Positions 37,533 to 47,590 are shown, numbered from the stretch's first letter. The stretch is DNA of 64,000 nt from Candidatus Babeliales bacterium (GCA_050179755.1 JBFXEV010000001.1:585994-649993); one strand, 5' to 3'. Numbers and translations are program-made. Notes: generated from the sequence alone by a model not told the origin.

Positions 37533-38147
37533 TTAGATACTCAAGGTATAAAGATCAACGCAACGATCTTTTGAATGAGCAGCTTTTGAATTGCCTTCTG
37601 AGTGAGCCTCTTTAGTGCCTACGCCAAATGCCTTAATGTGGTCGCTTGGAACGCCTTGTTTTTTAAGTTCACGAGCAACAGATTGCGCACGTTGGTCAGA
37701 AAGAGCCAAGTTATAAGCTTCTGTTCCGCGATATTTGCAAGCTTTACCTTTGCAAACCACGGTTTTACCCTCTTGAGTAAATTCTTGCGCTTTTGATTTA
37801 TTTGCGCTCATTTTTTCTACTTCTGTTTGTGGAATACGTGAGCTGTCGTAATCAAAATAAACGGTTTTAAAAGACTCTTTGCCTTCTTCATGCGCATTTT
37901 CCCATGTAAATGGTAAACCTTGCCCGTTGCTTGCGAGTGTGGCATTGTCGTTAACGCCGCCAAATAAGTCATCTTGTTCTAAAACAAATGACTCAATGTC
38001 TTCATCAAAGACTGAGGCTTGCGCCGTTTTCATTTCATAATTTTTTGATGCATTGTTTCTTTTATTAGATTTTGTTGAATTACCTCCGCCACAACCACCA
38101 AGGGCAATTACAGCAACAACTAAGGCCAAAAGAAAAGATTTAGTCAT
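37533..38147 (-). CDS. pal: OmpA-family peptidoglycan-associated lipoprotein (Pal-like)
   Basis: Lipobox LGGC; TVYFDYDSS, GTEAYNLALSDQRAQSV, KDRCV. Confidence 0.85.
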   Translation of the reverse strand: MTKSFLLALVVAVIALGGCGGGNSTKSNKRNNASKNYEMKTAQASVFDEDIESFVLEQDDLFGGVNDNATLASNGQGLPFTWENAHEEGKESFKTVYFDYDSSRIPQTEVEKMSANKSKAQEFTQEGKTVVCKGKACKYRGTEAYNLALSDQRAQSVARELKKQGVPSDHIKAFGVGTKEAHSEGNSKAAHSKDRCVDLYTLSI

Positions 38148-38212
38148 GAAAGTCTCTCCGGGAAATTAAAAGGTTTGTAGATTAATCAATTTTGTTTTTA
38201 TATCAGAATTTT

Positions 38213-38241
38213 AGCATAGTTTGTACTCTGCTTAAAGTCAA
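38213..38241 (-). promoter_or_regulatory. Putative sigma70 promoter of pal
   Basis: TTGACT-17-TATGCT on the minus strand. Confidence 0.6.
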
Positions 38242-38294
38242 CCCTCCTACGCTTATCCGGGCCATCAGGCTCGAAAAGCTTCGCAGGGCAGGCC
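38242..38294 (+). repeat. Family B repeat interrupted by a small hairpin
   Basis: ccctcctacgct[tatccgggccatcaggctcga]aaagcttcgcagggcaggcc. Confidence 0.6.
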
Positions 38295-38409
38295 TCTAAT
38301 GTTTGTGCTGGCTTCATTCTTTTTTCCCAGAAAGCATTAAAAAAGATACCTTTTAATAAACAGATGCGCTATACTAAATATGAGTAAAAAATTATAAATC
38401 TCTGAAATT

Positions 38410-38490
38410 CCCTGCATCTTTTGCCTGCCTGAGCCGATAAGGTTTTGGTAAAGGCACTTCGCGCTCATATGGCGCGACTTATAAGCAGGG
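38410..38490 (+). ncRNA. Candidate structured 5' leader of rng/rne
   Basis: GC-rich multibranch: ccctgc/gcaggg, tgcct/aggca, tcgcgc/gcgcga. Confidence 0.45.
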
Positions 38491-38508
38491 GCCGAGGAAA
38501 AAGACTCT

Positions 38509-40014
38509 ATGAAAAAAATATTAATGAACGTCAACCCTTGGCAAATGCGCATTGGGCTGACGCGTGACCATGAACTGCAAAACATCTATTTTGCATCACA
38601 TACTCAAGAACCACTTGAGCGCTCCTTTTTTAAGGGTGTCGTGGTAAAGGTGTTGCCTGGCATACAAACAGCTTTTGTGGAAATCGGCCAAGAACGAGCT
38701 GGTTTTTTGCATATTTCTGAAGTTGACCGAGAGCTTGCGCTTGAGCGTATGTCTAAAACGGTTGAAATTGATGATGAAAAGCCGGTACGCCGTGCTCCAA
38801 AGGCCCCCGATATAGGCAAAATTCTCAAAGAAGGCGAATCTATACTTGTTCAAGTAAGTAAAGAACCTGTCTATGAAAAAGGTGCCAAGCTTACCACCTG
38901 CTTTACGTTGCCGGGTAGATTTTTGGTCTTGCTTCCTAATATACCGCGTTTGGCGATTTCCAAAAAAATTGAAGAACCTGCAGAGCGTTCTCGTTTGCGT
39001 GATATTATGCGTGCACATTTGCCAGAAGGTATGGGTGCTATCATTCGCACTACTGCAGAAGAGCAAACAGAAAAAAATATTGTGCATGATTTAACGTATT
39101 TGCTTGAAGCTTGGCAAACAGTACAAACAAACTTTAAAAATGCAGAAAATAAAGAATGTATTTATAAAGATCTGCCACTTGCATTACAAATTGTGCGTGA
39201 TCATCTTGATGACGATGTGGATTCTATTATTGTTGATGATAATACCGTCTATAAAGAAGTATTTAGCTTTGTTAACAAATTTGCTCCCGATCATCGTCAT
39301 AAGGTAAAGCATTATACTGGCCCTCAGCCGCTTTTTGAAAAATATGAGCTTGAAAAACAAATTGAAGGCGCATTAAAGCACAAAGTTGAACTCAAATCTG
39401 GTGGTTCTATTATTATTGAGCCAACTCAAGCAATGACGGTGGTAGACGTTAATACTGGCCGCTATATTGGCAAAGCTGATATGGAACAAACGCTTTTAAA
39501 AACTAATTTAGAAGCGGCAGATGAAATTGTGCGTCAATTGCGCTTGCGTAATATTGGCGGATTAATTGTGATCGACTTTATTGATATGGCGCATCCATCG
39601 AATCGTCAAAAACTATTCAAGCATCTTGAAAGCACATTAAAAGAGCGTGATAAATTTCAATCTGTGGTGCTCAGGGTTTCTGAGTTTGGTTTAGTGCAAA
39701 TGACGCGTAAACGATCTGGCATGACTTTGCAACAAGAATTGACCAATACGTGTGCATGTTGCCATGGCTTGGGCGTTACTACTTCAATTCGTTCACAAGC
39801 ATACACTATACTTAATCAAGTAAAATCAAAGCTCACTGCAAAGCAAAGCACAGGAGCGCTTAATTTGGTGGTGCACCGAGATATTTTGGATTATATCACC
39901 AATATTGAATATAATGCCGTGCTTATGCTTGAAAGATTGTGTGGGTGTAAGATTACGCTTGAAAGCAATGATAGCTTTAAGATTGATCAATTTGAGCTGA
40001 GATCAGCACGATAA
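38509..40014 (+). CDS. rng: Ribonuclease E/G family (RNase G-sized)
   Basis: KVLPGIQTAFVEIG, LVQVSKEP..KGAKLT, VVDVNTG, QLRLRNIGGLIVIDFIDM, GLVQMTRKR, CxxC. Confidence 0.93.
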   Translation: MKKILMNVNPWQMRIGLTRDHELQNIYFASHTQEPLERSFFKGVVVKVLPGIQTAFVEIGQERAGFLHISEVDRELALERMSKTVEIDDEKPVRRAPKAPDIGKILKEGESILVQVSKEPVYEKGAKLTTCFTLPGRFLVLLPNIPRLAISKKIEEPAERSRLRDIMRAHLPEGMGAIIRTTAEEQTEKNIVHDLTYLLEAWQTVQTNFKNAENKECIYKDLPLALQIVRDHLDDDVDSIIVDDNTVYKEVFSFVNKFAPDHRHKVKHYTGPQPLFEKYELEKQIEGALKHKVELKSGGSIIIEPTQAMTVVDVNTGRYIGKADMEQTLLKTNLEAADEIVRQLRLRNIGGLIVIDFIDMAHPSNRQKLFKHLESTLKERDKFQSVVLRVSEFGLVQMTRKRSGMTLQQELTNTCACCHGLGVTTSIRSQAYTILNQVKSKLTAKQSTGALNLVVHRDILDYITNIEYNAVLMLERLCGCKITLESNDSFKIDQFELRSAR

Positions 40015-42027
40015 TTACATATCAAGCATGCGCCAAACTTTAAGTATGGCTCTGGTGCCATGTTCTTTAGATTTGAGCGTGTTGATACAATGTTCTTTTA
40101 TTGCCGTGTCATCAAATGCATGTGGGGCTGCACTAAATAATGATGGCACTTCCAAATAACTATGTTGTGATGGATCAAGTGCTAGATAATATAAAAGAGC
40201 CTGTCGTGCCTTAACTGGGTCAACTTTTTGTAAATCTCCTAACTTTGATTGCGCATTTTGCCAGCACGTTAATGTATAGGTGCGGTCTCCATTAGGTGTT
40301 TTGGGATTTCGCCAAAGTGCAAAACTATTTTTAGTTTTTCCCCATAATGGATGTTGCATAATCATAAAATCATGTAGCGTATGCGTTTTACCTTGCGTTG
40401 TTAGTCGAAAGGTCTTAATAAAAAAGATAAGTCGATTAAGTGATGAAAGGTTATGCTTATGAAAAAATATTTTGGTCAGAAGGTCTGAAGGTGCTCGGTC
40501 TTGGGGATCTGTACAGTTAAGTTCCTTAATAAAATGTGCGCAGTTGGTGGGAATACATGATCGAATACGTGGTATTATCGCTTGGATAGGTTGTGAAATT
40601 CTGTTATGACCTAAAAAAAGATCGTGCCGTTTCTTTTTGAAAGTAAATTGTTCTTCACGGGTATTGAGGTGGGTTATGGCGCGATGCTGCGGCGTAAGTA
40701 ATGGCACAAATTCAACCGCGCCAGCATCTCTTATGCATACATTGTTTCTTTCTCGTTTGCCAATCATTGCAAGAAATGCAGGTTTTAAGTGATTATTTTC
40801 ACGGGTATCATTTCTGACTTTACACCATGTAACAACTTTTTCAAAAAAACTTTTTGGATCTATCGGGCAGGTGAGCACAATCGGATCTTGCATGGTGGTG
40901 CCAAGATGGAAAAATTCAAGTGCACTAACGCCGCTATCAATACAACGTGATACGGTAGGAAAATTAAGCCTTATAGGCTTATCATCTTCATGCATATAGG
41001 GTAATACTAAGTGTTGACCGCCTGAATGGCAAGAATCATAATGTAAAAAAGCAGTTGAAGCGTCTTTATCTAAACGAAGCAGTAATTTCCGAAACTCTTG
41101 AACGGTAAGGCACGCTATTCTGCCATGAGTATCTTTTTCTTCATCTTTATATTGATCTAGTCTAGGTACTGCTTTTAAAGTACTGGGTTGCATGCGGTCA
41201 GCCACTACGCCAAATTGACTGCGCGTATATTTGCCATGACCAGTGAGCGATATGATTAAAGAACTTTTTTGTTGAGGATCAGAAGTTAATTTTTTTTGGA
41301 GTGCTTTTAACATGCCATGAACCAGCCATGCAGGAATGGGGCCATAATCGGCATGCTGTGTTGCTTGAGATTCATTTAACGCTTGTTGGTGTATATCACT
41401 AAACAGTACTTTACTAAGACGTATGCCTTTCTTTTTTGAATTTTTTTTCTTAGACGGTACAGTATTTGGCGGCAATAGTACATAAAAAGGTTCTATGGTA
41501 ATGGTGCGCGTGTCTGGATTTATTACTTGAAAAATTTGCCAGCGTGAAAGTGGAACTTGCGAAATAAAAAAATAGGTAAGTAAATCTGGGTATTGTCTTA
41601 AAAACCCTCGTATATGGGGTGGAATTAAGCTGGGTGTGCTACCGGATTGTTCATTTGCCTTATACAAGGTAAATGAAATTGATGGCGTAGTGACTGGTGA
41701 TAAGCCTAAAGCTGATTGTAGCGAAGCAAGGGATTTGCAAAAAGCATATAACCGAGTGGAGGTATTCAGTTGATCCTGCGCACTTTGTTCTTGATATCGA
41801 ATTAAGCGGTGCACAAATTGGCGGCTTGTAATAAGTGAGGCGTGCTGTTGCTGCACATTGATAGCAAAATCGGTTAAGATGGGGTCTACGAGTGACGCTT
41901 CACTTTTATAAGGGTTTTCTTCTTGATCGGCAAGATGAATAGCTACTGGCTGATACAGACAGTTGCTTGCTTGTATAGAGAGAAGAAAAATTAGAAATAA
42001 GAGCGTTTGAATGCATGAGTATTGCAT
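40015..42027 (-). CDS. Secreted hypothetical protein with caspase/clostripain-like His-Cys motifs
   Basis: Signal peptide; IISLTGHG and FLHYDSCHSGG. Confidence 0.65.
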   Translation of the reverse strand: MQYSCIQTLLFLIFLLSIQASNCLYQPVAIHLADQEENPYKSEASLVDPILTDFAINVQQQHASLITSRQFVHRLIRYQEQSAQDQLNTSTRLYAFCKSLASLQSALGLSPVTTPSISFTLYKANEQSGSTPSLIPPHIRGFLRQYPDLLTYFFISQVPLSRWQIFQVINPDTRTITIEPFYVLLPPNTVPSKKKNSKKKGIRLSKVLFSDIHQQALNESQATQHADYGPIPAWLVHGMLKALQKKLTSDPQQKSSLIISLTGHGKYTRSQFGVVADRMQPSTLKAVPRLDQYKDEEKDTHGRIACLTVQEFRKLLLRLDKDASTAFLHYDSCHSGGQHLVLPYMHEDDKPIRLNFPTVSRCIDSGVSALEFFHLGTTMQDPIVLTCPIDPKSFFEKVVTWCKVRNDTRENNHLKPAFLAMIGKRERNNVCIRDAGAVEFVPLLTPQHRAITHLNTREEQFTFKKKRHDLFLGHNRISQPIQAIIPRIRSCIPTNCAHFIKELNCTDPQDRAPSDLLTKIFFHKHNLSSLNRLIFFIKTFRLTTQGKTHTLHDFMIMQHPLWGKTKNSFALWRNPKTPNGDRTYTLTCWQNAQSKLGDLQKVDPVKARQALLYYLALDPSQHSYLEVPSLFSAAPHAFDDTAIKEHCINTLKSKEHGTRAILKVWRMLDM

Positions 42028-42176
42028 TATACTTTTCCGGGTTCAGCACTTGAAGTAACTAGTACTAGTATAGCAGGAAGGCCTTTTTATATGCTAGGTT
42101 AGGTTAAACTTTGCCCAGAGTACGCTTTTTTGGTACACTTTTCCTACGTTATTAAATTACCCTGAGGATATTTTTC

Positions 42177-43637
42177 ATGGCCAAGACGCCTTCTATTTTA
42201 GATCATTATCCAGAGTATGAATTAAATATTGGTATAGAAGTTCATGTGCAGCTTACCACCAAAACTAAGATTTTTTGTTCGTGCTCCAATGCGGTAGCCA
42301 AAGAGCCTAATAGTACTGTTTGCCCTGTGTGTGCAGGATTTCCTGGCGTGCTTCCGGTGCTTAATAAACAAGCGGTAGAATATGGTATCATGGCGGGCCT
42401 TGCAACCAATTGCACAATAGCTCCCGTTTCTGAATTTGCTCGTAAACATTATTTTTACCCTGATTTGCCAAAAGGCTACCAAACCACGCAGCATACAGAC
42501 CCAATTTGTACTGAAGGATATGTACATATTCGCCTTGAAGATGGCAGCAAGAAAAAAATTCGATTGATTCGCATTCATATGGAAGAAGATGCGGGTAAAA
42601 ATATACATGCTGAGCACACTAATGAAAGCTTTGTTGATTTAAGCCGCGCAGGAACGCCGCTCCTTGAAGTGGTGACGTATCCTGATATTTCAAGCACGTA
42701 TGAGGCAAAAGCTTATCTTAAGGCATTGCGCTCTATTGTGACCTATCTTGGTATATGTTCTGGCAATATGGAAGAAGGTGCTTTTAGAGCGGATACTAAC
42801 GTATCGGTGCGTAAAAAAGGCGCCAAAGAACTAGGCACCCGTGCAGAACTTAAAAACATTAATTCGTTTAAATTTATTGGCGATGCGGTTGAATATGAAA
42901 TTGAGCGCCAAATAGAACTTATTGAATCTGGTGGTACCGTTAAGCAAGAAACGCGGCTTTGGAACACGCAAGAGCATAAATCATACCCAATGCGCTCTAA
43001 AGAAGAAGCTGCCGATTATCGCTATTTTCCTGATCCTGACTTGCCCTTAGTGGTGATATCGCCTGAATGGATTGCGCGTGTTAAAGAAACAATGCCAGAA
43101 CTTCCAGAACAAAAATTTGAGCGTTATGTGAATAAACTAGGCTTGTCTGAATATGAAGCTACTATTTTGGTAGAAGATAGCGAGCTTGCACAGTATTTTG
43201 AACAAGCGCATGCAGTTAATCCAAGTCGCCAAGTGGTCAACTGGATTTTGCGTGATGTATTAAAGTTAGTAAAAGATGGCAACGTTTCTTTGTCTGAAAT
43301 TAAAGTAACGCCAGAAAAAATAGCAAAACTTGCAAAGCTGCTTGATGATGGCGTGATTAATAATCATGCAGCGCTTACCGTGTTTGAAGAAGTTGCCCAA
43401 ACAGGCAAAAACCCAGAAGATGTGGTAAAAGAAAAAGGCTTGCAGCAAATTGGTTCGGTGGAAGAATTAGAAGCCATTATTAAAGAAATTATTATGGCAA
43501 ATCAAAATCAAGTGCAAGCGTATAAAGCGGGGACTACCAAATTATTTGGATTCTTTGTGGGCCAGGCTATGGCCAAAACGCAAGGCAAGGGTAACCCGCA
43601 AATTATACAGCAACTTCTTAAAAAGTATTTGGATTAG
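42177..43637 (+). CDS. gatB: Asp/Glu-tRNA amidotransferase subunit B
   Basis: IGIEVHVQL, FARKHYFYPDLPKGYQ, HMEEDAGK, ELKNINSF, ADYRYFPDPDLP. Confidence 0.98.
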   Translation: MAKTPSILDHYPEYELNIGIEVHVQLTTKTKIFCSCSNAVAKEPNSTVCPVCAGFPGVLPVLNKQAVEYGIMAGLATNCTIAPVSEFARKHYFYPDLPKGYQTTQHTDPICTEGYVHIRLEDGSKKKIRLIRIHMEEDAGKNIHAEHTNESFVDLSRAGTPLLEVVTYPDISSTYEAKAYLKALRSIVTYLGICSGNMEEGAFRADTNVSVRKKGAKELGTRAELKNINSFKFIGDAVEYEIERQIELIESGGTVKQETRLWNTQEHKSYPMRSKEEAADYRYFPDPDLPLVVISPEWIARVKETMPELPEQKFERYVNKLGLSEYEATILVEDSELAQYFEQAHAVNPSRQVVNWILRDVLKLVKDGNVSLSEIKVTPEKIAKLAKLLDDGVINNHAALTVFEEVAQTGKNPEDVVKEKGLQQIGSVEELEAIIKEIIMANQNQVQAYKAGTTKLFGFFVGQAMAKTQGKGNPQIIQQLLKKYLD

Positions 43638-43643
43638 CTTTAT

Positions 43644-44139
43644 TTACTTAAACTCATCCATACTTTTTTGCATTGGTCTTTTAAGTAAAGATCGTGCTGA
43701 GCCTTCTAACTCTGGTGTGATATTGGCATTTGGTTGAGCCTCGGGCTTATCTATAACAGGCTGAGTTGTCAACTTGAGTTGAGCAAATAGTTTTAGTTGT
43801 CTTTTTGCATAATCTTGCACTACGGTATTGGGCGTGGCGTGCTGTTCTACAAAATTAAAATAGTAATAGGCAACATCAAGTTCGTTAACGTTGCCATATG
43901 CCACACCAAGTATTACTGCAGCTTGAACTTTAGTAGCATTGTCTTTAGCAAATTGAAAAACAGGGTCTGTTTTCTGTATTGTAGTCCAATAATCTTTTTT
44001 TCATGAGCGCTTGCTGGCCAGCATGTAAAGCATTGATAAGAGATGAAGAAGGTTGTTGTTGCTTCATGCACAAAAGTGTTTGTATCGGCCAAAGTAGGCT
44101 TAAGATAATCAGAGATTTTTTTTGTTTATTTAGTATCAA
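43644..44139 (-). pseudogene. Secreted TPR-like protein frameshifted at an A7 tract
   Basis: Removing one A at 43995-44001 gives ALMKKDYWTTIQKTDPVFQFAKDNATKVQAAVILGVAYGN, a single ORF of about 164 aa. Confidence 0.75.
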
Positions 44140-44169
44140 TTGGTATTCCCGTATTAATGCTGTTTTACA

Positions 44170-44340
44170 TTGGTTTATCGCCCTGGTGTCTTATTTGTAA
44201 CATAGATTCTAGAGTAGTAAGTTCTTCTATACCCTTTTTGTAGTTTTATTTCTGCAGAGACTAAGTAGTTTTACTCACTGCATGCTATATGCGTTTGTAA
44301 TGGTTGTGAAGGCGATTAAAATAATATATAACTTTTTCAT
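44170..44340 (-). pseudogene. Relic of a TPR-array paralog
   Basis: ATG overlaps the upstream TGA: MKKLYIILIAFTTITNAYSMQ-stop (44340-44275), then out-of-frame SAEIKLQKG resembling RANLQKG of 48460..49080. Confidence 0.6.
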
Positions 44341-44792
44341 GGGAGTTCCGTCGTCTGTTTTTTTATACTTGTTTCAGGCAGGCGTTGCTCTTTGCCTGTT
44401 TTTTCTAAATTTCCCCGTGCTGTAAATAATTTAGCTAGTTGTAAACGGGTATTTGCTACAATAAACGGGTCATTTGAGATAAATAATGCTTTTTCAAAAG
44501 CTTCTTGAGCTTTATCAATCATACTATGATTTCGATATAAAATACCAAGATGCACCCAAATGTCTGCGTGGGCAGTAGCGTCATTACTTAAATTGAGCGA
44601 CTCTAAAAAACCTTTCTCAGCTTGTGCAAAAAGAGTTGGATTTTTTGCATCCTCAACTGCTTGTATATATAAAAGACGACCTTGAGTTATTTGTTCTGGC
44701 GTACGCGTTCTTGGATAAATGCCCATGCCCTGCACAGATTTAATTTGAAAAATAGTAAATGTTAAAACTAATATTTTTTTTATTGTATTCAT
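44337..44792 (-). CDS. Secreted TPR protein
   Basis: ADIWVHLGILY..DKAQEAFEKAL; signal peptide. Confidence 0.8.
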   Translation of the reverse strand: MNTIKKILVLTFTIFQIKSVQGMGIYPRTRTPEQITQGRLLYIQAVEDAKNPTLFAQAEKGFLESLNLSNDATAHADIWVHLGILYRNHSMIDKAQEAFEKALFISNDPFIVANTRLQLAKLFTARGNLEKTGKEQRLPETSIKKQTTELP

Positions 44793-44814
44793 GTGCTTGC
44801 TTTTTTAATTTTCA

Positions 44815-46734
44815 TTAAAGATCAGTGCCGACTTCGGCCCTTTCTTTTTTAAGTAATAAATCTTTGCGAGCTTCTGATTCCGCGCTATCGCTATCACTAT
44901 CAGGTCTTTCCCTCTTGGTTCCTTGCTCATGAGGTTGCGCGGCTTGAACTGGTGGTAATTGAGCTTGAGCCGCTTCTAATTTATCAAGCTCTGCTTGTGC
45001 TTCTTCGCCAAAAAATGCATTTTGTTGCTGCAAGATGAGATTAAAGTAATGCCGTGCTTGATCCACTTGTCCAAGAGCGCGATATGATAAACCGAGGGCA
45101 AATAAGGTCCTATGTTTAAGGAAGCTGGATGCTTGTAGGCTTTGAGCTAAAAATTGTTTAAAATAAGGAATTGCTTTTTCATATTCGTGTAGATCCAAAT
45201 AAATTTCTCCTAAGTTTCGGATGCCTTCAAGTTGCCTGTTTTTATTAATATGTTGGTTGGCCAATTGTTCAAAATAGGCAATTGCCTTGAGAGGTTGATT
45301 TAAGTTATGACGATAAATAAAGCCTAAATCGTAAAGAGCGCTTAATTTGGCTCCTAAATTAATGCTTTGTTGCGCAGTTTCTTCTAAATATGGTATCGCC
45401 AGTTCAGATTGGTTAAGTGATGAGTATAGGTATTCTATTTGCTCGCGAGCTTTTATTTTGGTGTTGAGGGGGACACTCTCGTTTTGGGCAATAGTGATAA
45501 TTGTATTTAGTAGTAAAGAGAGCAGGTCTTGAGTTAAAACTTGCGGTTCAACTTTACCCAAATAAACTAAAGCTTGCGTGTGTTCTTGTTTAGCGACATA
45601 TATTTGACCTAATCTAATAAATGCTACTGCTCTCACATTGCGACTATTGTTTTGCGCCGTAGCTTGTTCAAAATATAGAGTAGCTTTTGGGTATTCTTTT
45701 TGATCAAAATAAAGTTCACCTAGGTTCAACAACGCCTTTGCTTTTGTAACGAGGTATGTATTTTGCGCTGCAGCTTGCTGTAGATAGAGGGTGGCTTTTT
45801 GGTAATCTTTTTGCTCGTAATATAGTTTACCGAGCATGAACAAACTACGTACTTTTTCGAAGAAATTGTCATTTTGCTGAATGGCTTGTTCAAGATACGG
45901 AATGGCTTTTAGTGGTTGCTTTAGATTTGAATATAGCAAACCTAACTGGCCCAGCGCATGTGCTTTTTGAGCAAGGTTTACATTTTGTTGAGCCACAAGT
46001 GTGTAATAAGGCATCGCTTGCAGCTCGGTTTTTTGTTCGTGAGCATATAAATCGCCAAGAAGATTTAAGAACTGAAATAATAAGGGTAATTTAGTTGGAT
46101 CATTGGGCAATTCGGATATAAGAGTATCGATCTGGGTATGCAGAAGAAATAAATTAGTTAAAGTTAAAACAGATTGCTGAGCTTCGACAGGGAATAAATC
46201 AACATCAGAGCCGATATGGGTCATTTCATGGCCTTCTGGATCTATGGTAAAGTAATTAATGCTTTGTATTCTTTGCTTAGTAAAGGGATCACGGAATGCG
46301 TCGGGTTCATGAAGGCGGCGATTGAAGGAGTATTTAGCTTTTTTTGTTGCCATATTATGTAATATTTGACCAAATAAAAACTTATTAAGGCCTGTTGCTT
46401 CATAATAGCTGTGAGAGATTGTAGTAATGTTTGTATTAGGATCTGTATATTCAGTAGTGACGACCGCTAAGATTAAGGGTACGCTATAGCGTGCTTTATC
46501 TTGTATTAACTCGCCAAATGGGATAAAGCGCACTGGCTCATCTTGCAATGTATTAAGATATTCAACGCCATTCTCTATTTTACCAGCATCGGCAGTGGTA
46601 ATGTTGGCTCCCTCAGGTAAATCTTGGATTTTAATGAATTGAGGAACGGCCTGCGGAGCATCCATGCCAAACAGTATTGACGCGGTGCCAAAAAAAATGA
46701 AAGTATTTACGTATTTTTGTATTTTAATCAACAT
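44815..46734 (-). CDS. Secreted multi-TPR protein
   Basis: Many repeats of type ALxxLGxLY..KAIPYLEQA; start uncertain. Confidence 0.9.
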   Translation of the reverse strand: MLIKIQKYVNTFIFFGTASILFGMDAPQAVPQFIKIQDLPEGANITTADAGKIENGVEYLNTLQDEPVRFIPFGELIQDKARYSVPLILAVVTTEYTDPNTNITTISHSYYEATGLNKFLFGQILHNMATKKAKYSFNRRLHEPDAFRDPFTKQRIQSINYFTIDPEGHEMTHIGSDVDLFPVEAQQSVLTLTNLFLLHTQIDTLISELPNDPTKLPLLFQFLNLLGDLYAHEQKTELQAMPYYTLVAQQNVNLAQKAHALGQLGLLYSNLKQPLKAIPYLEQAIQQNDNFFEKVRSLFMLGKLYYEQKDYQKATLYLQQAAAQNTYLVTKAKALLNLGELYFDQKEYPKATLYFEQATAQNNSRNVRAVAFIRLGQIYVAKQEHTQALVYLGKVEPQVLTQDLLSLLLNTIITIAQNESVPLNTKIKAREQIEYLYSSLNQSELAIPYLEETAQQSINLGAKLSALYDLGFIYRHNLNQPLKAIAYFEQLANQHINKNRQLEGIRNLGEIYLDLHEYEKAIPYFKQFLAQSLQASSFLKHRTLFALGLSYRALGQVDQARHYFNLILQQQNAFFGEEAQAELDKLEAAQAQLPPVQAAQPHEQGTKRERPDSDSDSAESEARKDLLLKKERAEVGTDL

Positions 46735-47440
46735 CGGCTTCACTTGCAGTCCTATCTTTTTTTATGATTAATTCTGAGCTACTTTCTTTATCAGTGCCAT
46801 CGCTATCAGTGCGTTCTCTTTTACTACCTTGTGCTTGTTGCGTGTCAAGCTGCGCTAATTCCATGAGCGCATTAAATCTTACTTTAAAATCACCTGTTTG
46901 TTCTAATGCACGCTTAAAATATTTCCGTGCTTTTTTTATTTTTCCTTGCGTTTTATATATTCTTGCAATGCTTAAGAGAGCATCAGCCTTTAGTGGCAAA
47001 TGAATATCTTGATCTATGATTTGTTTGTAATACTGTTTTGCATCTTGATAATTATTCATTGAAGCATAGATGGCGGCCAACTGATCAAGTGCCATAACTC
47101 TAATTAATGGTTCATCGTGTTGTAAAGCTGCCTGCCTAAAGTAGAATAGCGCGTTGGCTTGCTCACGTAAGATAAGGAATGATAACCCTAAGTTATAAGC
47201 TGCTATTGCGCTGGCATGAGGATCAACGCGTTGCGCAAACACTTGTTTAAAATATGGTATGGCTTCGTTATATTCTTTTTTATCGGCATGGCTTTTACCC
47301 GTATCGAGCAATGTGGCCACGTAAAGGATATCGAGCTTAGATTGTCCCTGGGATTTAGATTTCAGGGAGCTTTCCATGCTATAAAGCGGCACGAGCACGC
47401 TCATGCAAATCAGGGTAGATACTAGCTTCTTCATTGTCAC
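46724..47440 (-). CDS. Secreted TPR protein
   Basis: AAYNLG, ALDQLAAIY..AKQYY, ALLSIARIY..KARKYFKRAL. Confidence 0.88.
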   Translation of the reverse strand: MTMKKLVSTLICMSVLVPLYSMESSLKSKSQGQSKLDILYVATLLDTGKSHADKKEYNEAIPYFKQVFAQRVDPHASAIAAYNLGLSFLILREQANALFYFRQAALQHDEPLIRVMALDQLAAIYASMNNYQDAKQYYKQIIDQDIHLPLKADALLSIARIYKTQGKIKKARKYFKRALEQTGDFKVRFNALMELAQLDTQQAQGSKRERTDSDGTDKESSSELIIKKDRTASEADVD

Positions 47441-47463
47441 TCCTTTTAACTTAACGCTACTTC

Positions 47464-47590
47464 TTAAATTTTATTCTCATCTACGCCAAGAGCTTGCAAG
47501 CCTTCCAGAGCATCAAGTTGACTTAACACTGCAATACCCAATATTTCTGGCATCGTGATTCACCTTCTGAACACTGGCAAAAAGAGCATA
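47464..47590 (-). pseudogene. C-terminal relic of a small TPR-array paralog
   Basis: Reads IAVLSQLDALEGLQAL, matching RLDAAQGIQLL and RLDAAQALQSL of neighbouring genes. Confidence 0.55.

Noticed and set aside
38410..38490. 6S RNA or known riboswitch
   Set aside because: Too short for 6S and no riboswitch consensus recognised; kept only as a candidate leader.
44275..44277. TGA readthrough or alternative genetic code
   Set aside because: thyX, tspO and the AAA gene end in TGA at expected lengths, and the relic stays broken after the TGA.
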